DNA of 64,000 nucleotides from Rhizodiscina lignyota (Eukaryota): NCBI GenBank assembly GCA_010015805.1, contig ML978147.1, positions 62,001 to 126,000 of the forward strand, read 5' to 3'. Shown piece by piece: positions 57,355 to 64,000 of this stretch (position 1 is its first letter; each line of letters starts with the position of its first letter). The notes under the pieces were generated by a model. It saw only the letters and a program-made list of their open reading frames with translations, ran no database searches and was not told where the DNA came from. The position numbers and the translations under genes were made by a program.

Positions 57355-59696
57355 TCACTCATAGCTGAACCTTCTCCTGTACCTCTCGCTGACAGGGCTC
57401 TCTTCTCCCACGACAGTTGCATCTCCACCACTGCTGAACGTCCCCGTCCCGGGAGCAATCGGACTCAGTGGGCTGAACAACATTGTTCTCTCGCCGTCAC
57501 TGCTTCCACCGGCAGGCCCACTAATCGGGCTGACCAGATTCAAATTATCCCGCTCAAACGGACTCAACTCGATGATATCGTTAGGATTGACCTGCCGTCT
57601 CGGCGGTCTCCCATTGCCGGCATTATTGCCATTCGACGCGACGTTCGTGTTGACAGTGAGATAGTCCCTCTCCTCCATCCCGGCCGCACTCCCAGGCGTT
57701 ATCGGACTCGGTGCGTTCTCGCTCCTTGGTGTCCCTGCGGCGCCTGTCACGAACGGGAATGGCGGTGGACTGACCGGCGTGGTGGGCGTATTGGCCTGCG
57801 GGTCGGTGCCATTATATCTCGCTTCTCTCACTTGCATCGCTTCTTTTACACCTAATTGGCGGCCTCCGGCTTCCTGTCGGGCAGGCATATCACCCATCAT
57901 CTCGAAGATCTCGCGCGGCTTGCTGTCTGCCTCGACTGGCGCGCTCGAGGAGCCCGGAGACGTAGGGATGCCAGATGAGCTAGTCAGCAGTGTGCTACCG
58001 GCCATGTCGCCATCGGACAGCGGACGCTTGTGCATGCTGCCAGTCTCGACTTTGAGAGGCTGTTGAGTCGCGTCGAGCTCGGCCTTCGGAATGACGTTGT
58101 TTTCGCGGGACGCACGGCGTGATGCTCTGTTCGACGGCTCCGCAGACGTAGGATCTGGCTCGGGGGTTTCGAGCTTCTCGTGGTCGTCTGAGTGGCCTTT
58201 AGCGGCCTTTCTTCTACGGCGGATGAAGAAGAAAAGGCCGATGACGAGGATTGCGACTGCAGCGCCAATGCCGACTGCGATGCCGACGATGGCGCCGGTA
58301 CCCAAGCCAGAGGATCCACTGGAACCTCCGCTCGACGCAGACGACGAGCTTCCGCTTCCGTCGTCTCCAACAGTCTCGTTAGGGGAACGGACGGCAACGA
58401 GGTGTTCCGTCATGTCTTCGACCCAGGCGCATTGGCTGACGTTGAATGTCTCACGTTCCCAGTCGACAAAGAGGTAGGCTTCTTGTAGGAATGTACGTCC
58501 GAGCGTGTATTGGGTGTCGTTCGTGGCGCGGCGAAGAGGGAAGTAGTAGGATTGTGCAATGAGACCTTGGTACGGAGGTGTGGCTTGCATGTCAAATGCA
58601 GCGTATGGGAGGGTAATGTTTACCGTTGGGCCGCCGGAGAAACCTTGGCCAAGAGTGAATGTGACATTGGGATTGCTTTTAGTAAGAGAATTGTGCAGGT
58701 CCTGATTGACAAGGTATAGGTCGGTGTCGTTGTCGTAGGTGAGACCGAACGCCATTTCGAACGATTGGCAAGCTTCCAGCGGAAGCCAAATCTGTGGGAC
58801 GGTGGAGTCGACATAGGCGTATATGGCACTGGGAAGGAGATCGTCATCGGACCAAGTGCTGTTGGCACCCGCAATCTTTTGAATTGCGACGACGAGATCG
58901 CGTTCGTTGTTAGGAGCGAAATTAAAGGAGAGATCGTTTGGAATAAAGCGGGATGAGTCATAACCACCCAGCGTTAGACTTGCCAGGACCTCCGTGAAGC
59001 CTTATTCATGTTAGCACCGGAAATAGTAGGTGAAGAGAGAGACGTACGATATTGTGCGCCAGCCGTATAGCCGAATGTCAAGCTTGGGATCATCTTGTCC
59101 TGCTTCAGCGTGCTGATATAGCTCGGCGATGGCTCATTGAAGGATGTGAAATTCGTAGGTTTCGGATTGACGCCAAAATGCCCGAACCAAAAGTCTTCGG
59201 CTCCCAGTCCTCCTATTGTCATGTTCTTCAGCGTTGGTCCTCCTTGACCTTGGCCACCCAGCGTGACGACGTCGAAGCCATAATCCGCATCACCTTCGTA
59301 CCCAAGATTCAGTTCAGTCCATAGCAGAAATCGTCCTTCGGAGATCCACGTGCTCGACTCGTTGCTGTAGTATATACCTCCTCTTTCGTCGGGGCAATTG
59401 GAATCTGAGATGCCTTCACATCCTCTGGGCGCGATAACCCACGTCTGCTGGCTGGCCGTCGAAATCTGTAGCCTCACCGTCTGCGGTGGCGTGCCCACTT
59501 GCACTGTGAATGTGTTCCACGAGCCATCGATGCCCTCCCAATTCTGCGCGGGATCAAAGGATATTGGTGCAGAAATCGTGTCTCTCGTGTGGATGTCGAC
59601 GTCTGAACAATACGCGAATCTCGCGACAGTCAAGAGAAGCGATGGGAGGAGGAAGTCGAGGTAGGAACCGCGCCTGCGGCGCCGCGTGCCATACAT
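57355..59696 (-). CDS. Type I membrane aspartic-protease-fold (peptidase A1-like) protein, probably catalytically impaired, 764 aa
   Basis: Exons 59696-59048 and 59000-57355. Signal-like N-terminus, W.GIDGSW, VGTPPQ, SLTLGGYD, VDSTVP.IWLP, LGRTFLQEAY, Gly/Ser linker, TM GAIVGIAVG..FFFI, RRRRK and a long cytosolic tail. Confidence 0.9.
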
Positions 59697-62305
59697 GGCC
59701 GCGAGGAATTGGGTCACGGTGTGAGGCTGCTGGAGGTGCTGAAGCTCATAGCGGTGTTGTTCGTCCCCAACTGTGGGTCTCCGCGAACTCGTTGCAAGTA
59801 CAGGCGCAAGTACAGGTCACACACGACGCACAAGAGAATTGGAAATTAATCGCACTCAACGAAAGGACGCCGCAACTGGCAAGACGGGTAGCGGCAGAAT
59901 GGCTGGAAGCGAAGGTGTGCGGTCCAGCGCGGAGAAGGCAGGGCGAGAGGAGGCATGGTGTGCACGGATTTCCCTTTCGCTCGCCGCCAACCCAACCTGT
60001 TTGGACTGCACGCGTTGCCGGCTGCGTGAGCCTGAACTGAACTGGCGCAACGGTCCTTTAGCGGCATACCCTTGTCCCGGTCTGTCTAGAGCTTAATGCA
60101 AAATGCACGAATCATTGGCTGAGACAGCGCAACGGCATGGGGACGGGTTGGGGCGATTCCAGGTGCGGAATGGCTGCCAATACTCTTGAGTGGGCTCCAG
60201 ATAAGCGGATAATTGATGAAGGACCGGTAGGACTGGGAGAGTTTGACATAATATTCTAGATTGAAATTGAGTTGTAATCCTCTGTAGATGAAATGTACGT
60301 GTGGTGCGTAAGAAGGTCACTGTCTGCTCTCGACTGTTGTGTAGAGATGATATAGCTGTTCCAGAGGGAGCGTAAGTGACATCTGCACGGCTTCTGGATG
60401 TGGCGAAATCGAGCGCAGCGATAACCGAAAGGGACAAAGCTTAGGGTAGAGCCGCGAACTACGGTCGGCATGAACTGAGCTATCTGCCTGCGTCCCTTCA
60501 GATTTCTAGAGCGACACTTTGTTCTCCGGTGTCTCACACGGCGGTTTGAACTCCTGAATTTCCCCGGCCGTAGACTTGTGGCATGTTTCAAGGCTGGTGG
60601 TTACAACAGCATCGAATATGAAATCCTGGCATCAGGACCTCGTCAGCCCGTCAGCCCTGTCCCAATTGCGGAATGTGACAGGCTGTTGCTTCTCAGCTGC
60701 GCGTCATGGCAATATTGCGACTGCTGCCCCTCTGGCCAGGGCGATGGGTTCGGATGACACGGTGGCACAAATACTCTTGTGCGGCCATCGCATACTGAGA
60801 CAGGAGAGGAGAGTGCCTGTTCCTGAAGATATTGCACGTACCTGTAATGCTGTGTGTGCCCGAGTACCTGTCGGCTTCGAGCGGTATCTCAAGTTACTCA
60901 ACCCAAGAGCCGCTGCGTTGGATATGTACGTTGCTGTAGGCAAGGGATGTGCCTAAATGATGGTCTAAAGTTAAACGCACATCCATTTGGCGAGCGCACG
61001 AGAGGAATCATGTGCGACTGCAAATCCAGGGACCCTGCATCGCGAGCGCAGCCCAAAGAGGTGAAGCACTGCTGCTTTTGCAGGAGGCCGATTACGTGTG
61101 ATTCGTCCAGCGGCTGAGTAAACCTGACAGGATCCTTGGCCCGCAGCAAAAAGTTATTGGAAGTGAGAGTGCGATCCACAGCTGCGAATTGCGCGTAGTT
61201 GCCCACTGGGACGGCTGTGAAGAGGCACGTAATCGCCGTACTCTGCCAAAGGTAGAGGGCGCGCAGAGCGGAGTAGAGAGTGCCAGCTCCAGCTCAGACG
61301 ACGCCTAGCGAGAAGAGCGGGGATGCCGAGCGTGCCTCTGCTTGCGCTGGTTCCGAGGCGGCCACGATGCAAAGGCAAGCGCACAGAAGAATCAAGGCCA
61401 GCGACGTGCGCTTCAAGACCAATCGCCGCGCGCGAAGGAATGGCCTCGCTCCGACGCCTGCGACAGGCTGGAGCGAGCGAAACACCGCTGCAATACCGCT
61501 CCCTTGCCGTCGTTTGGCTGGAGGCCCAGCAGGAGCGAGGAAGTGCGTCGGCCACGCAGCAAACAAGCTCGCACGTGCGGGAGGAGAGGCTGAAAGCGAG
61601 GGCATGTTGCATGATTCGATCGGGACCGCCACTGTGGGGAGCCTGAGCTGATTGATGTGCAGCGAATTCCGTGCTCTGGCTGCAGCAGATTCGCTGGCTG
61701 GACTCCGGCAGCGCGTCGCCTGTGCGCCGGAAGAGCAGTCTTCCTCTGCCTCTGCATGCCTTTGCGGGGGGTTGGGCGGCGTGTGGTGTTGAGCTGCGTC
61801 TGGACTGCGCCGCGGCCCCTGCGGCCAAGATATGGATATGGGCCGATGCTGGAAGCTGCATCCATGCACTCCGTCAACCCAAATCGCGAAGTCCCATCAA
61901 GCCCCATGAAGCCCATGGAGTGCCGGGCCTGCTCGCGGCCAGCGGCCAGCCTCGTCAGTGGCACCAGAGTCGGCGGGACAAGGCCTCCACAGCCGTCCTC
62001 GCCTCCTCCATCCCTACCCACACCGGGCATGGGCACGGGCGTGCAAAATGTCTGTCACTCTTGTCGTCGGTAGACCTTGTCCTACTGCCATATTCCGATT
62101 CCACCTGAGAAATACCGCTCGTTTCTGTTTCTCTCGTGCCTCGTCTTCGGAACTGGCAAATTAATCGTAATGAATCCCGACTGCTCGCTGAATTGAAGAA
62201 CATCACGCTATCGCCACTCGTTGCGTTGCATTCGCTCGTCGTCTCATGGAAGTCAACTCACCGTCGTTTCAACGGAGGTGAACGTCCTGTGAAACGGACA
62301 TCAGG

Positions 62306-64000
62306 ATGCTCCTCCCGAACACCTTACTTGCCGCTTCGATATGGACGCTCGCATGCTGCACCCAGTTTGAGCGTCCACATCCAAGGCACCGTGTAGCAAG
62401 AGGCCATTCATTCGGTATGCGCATCAGATCCTGTTCCTGAGATGCGGTCTGCCATGATGCATGAATTTACTGACAAGCTGCAGCTTTTTACAACACCTCG
62501 GCTCCGATCACATCAACAACATCAACATCGAGTCAGGAGTCAAGTTCAAGTCCAAGCAGTATCTCGATTCTAGAGGATTCAAAACCGTCGTTGCCATGGT
62601 CGAGTTCAACAGCAGTGGAACCTGACGCCCAGCCACCGGCAATCCATGCAAATGGGCCGAAAACGAGTTCTTCATCCTCACCATCAGAAGCACCTTCGTT
62701 AAGTCCACCTAGCCCACCCTCGTTTCCTGTGTATCACCCCTCAAACTCGACTTCGATATCATCAACCTCCTCTTCTACCCACCCCAGCCATGTCCATCCA
62801 GCTGGGACCGCACCGAGTCAGGTTTCTCCAAGTCCACTAGCAGGAACAGCTCCATTCTCTCCCCATGTTCCTCCTCACTCTCCACCAGCGCCAAGTTCTT
62901 CTCCACCCCCCGTTCATCCGCGTCCAGTAGGCACTGCTCCATCAGCGCCTGACGTTCCATCGTTTTCCATTCCAGGAACTGTACCAAGGCCACCTCCTTC
63001 ACATGGAACCGCACCAAAGCCTCCTCCATCTTCGTCCTCGTCCTCGTCCTCAGCAATTTACGCAATTCCACCTCCTGTAGGCACCGGTCCATCCGTTCCA
63101 ATCGGTACTGGTCCTTCCATACCCATATGGACAGGTCCTTGGTCTCCAATTGGCACACGCTCTTCAACTCCAAGTGGTGCTGGTTCTTCAACTCCCATTA
63201 GTGCTGGCCATTCACCTCCGATAGGTACTGGCCCTTCAATTCCATTTGGCACTGGGCCTTCGATTCCGTTATGGACCGGACCTTCACCACCGACAGGTAC
63301 AGGCCCTTCGATTCCGTTATGGACTGGACCTTTACCACCATTTGGTACCGGACCAAAGACGAACTGTAGTACTGCTCCGTACCCGACTGCCCCCCTATAC
63401 ACAGCGCCTCGAGGCACTGGACCGATCGGAACTGGAATCTTTTCACCACCACCAACAAGGGTCATTCTTCCGCACAACACCTCAAAGACATTAGAATGCG
63501 GTGGCTGCACTATCTCACCAGTTGGTGCAACCATTGCATGGTGGTACCCGGACGAGTTCTTCTACGGCATCAGCACTCTTGTGAGCACCTTCTCAGGTAA
63601 TATGAGTGGCTACACTGCAGTTCCTGCTTCGGATACGTTTGATCTCGATGACAACCTGGTTCAAGTCACATACATCGAGACACCAGCATTCAACACGCAG
63701 TTCAACTACAGCTACATGGACTTTGTCCCCATCACATTGCCTCCACCTGTTGCGGCCGCAACGAGTGTCATCAGTGTCACTGCTGTGAAGCCGCTTTCAA
63801 CTGGACTGGTCAGCCCGGATGATGTAACCAATGCATGGCTTGATCCCATCCCAGAGGCCAGTGTGGTGGTCCCCGGAAGGCTTGCAAGCAGGACTGCCTT
63901 CTCAGCGTAAGCCTCTTTCATCCATTTAGCCTTGACCCTTCTGGATCAACTCAATAGCTAACTCATCAACAGCGCTTCAGGAACTCCATACCTCCACATA
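62306..64000 (+). CDS. Secreted or cell-surface Ser/Pro/Thr-rich mucin-like protein, truncated at the window end
   Basis: Exons 62306-62414, 62484-63906, 63973->64000. Signal peptide MLLPNTLLAASIWTLACC, then an S/P-rich region with GTAP/GTGP repeats, then a C..C.I......WWY globular domain. Confidence 0.8.
63080..63355 (+). repeat. Coding minisatellite: about 11.5 x 24 nt units encoding (G/W)TGPS(I/P)Px
   Basis: GTGPSVPI GTGPSIPI WTGPWSPI GTRSSTPS GAGSSTPI SAGHSPPI GTGPSIPF GTGPSIPL WTGPSPPT GTGPSIPL WTGPLPPF GTGP. Confidence 0.85.

Noticed and set aside
1..64000. tRNA, rRNA, CRISPR arrays, transposons, telomeric repeats
   Set aside because: By eye I saw no cloverleaf with A/B boxes, repeat-spacer array, transposase/RT motifs, LTR/TIR pairs or TTAGGG arrays. 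Small ncRNAs cannot be excluded without Infernal or tRNAscan-SE.

Overview
Eukaryotic DNA from a filamentous ascomycete (Pezizomycotina, plausibly a dothideomycete). Genes are compact, with short spliceosomal introns that carry CTRAY branch points. I reconstructed about 24 protein-coding genes by hand, and every complete spliced model closes in frame. Conserved genes: SNF7, TEN1, a patatin-like lipase, an acyltransferase-3, the cell-wall-integrity MAP kinase (SLT2/MPS1), a Mup1-like permease, a membrane-anchored aspartic-protease-like protein and a large disordered protein with a methyltransferase-like C-terminus. Two accessory-looking blocks lie among them: 1-4.4 kb (SDR, CmcJ/NvfI oxidoreductase, toxin-like orphan) and 16.9-28.7 kb (HET, NmrA, two Zn2Cys6 factors, secreted epoxide hydrolase, homeobox-C2H2). 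The most notable observations are: (1) an intronless 393-aa orphan whose N-half resembles the Vip3 pore-forming helical bundle, fused to a beta-trefoil-like C-half; (2) a 60-aa Ser-rich ORF with an ideal start context inside an unusually long intron of a conserved gene; (3) a spliced 37-aa membrane microprotein ORF immediately upstream of TEN1, possibly bicistronic; (4) three required GC-AG introns and four AAG acceptors. I found no supportable tRNA, rRNA, transposon or CRISPR array. All family calls come from motif recognition, with no database searches.
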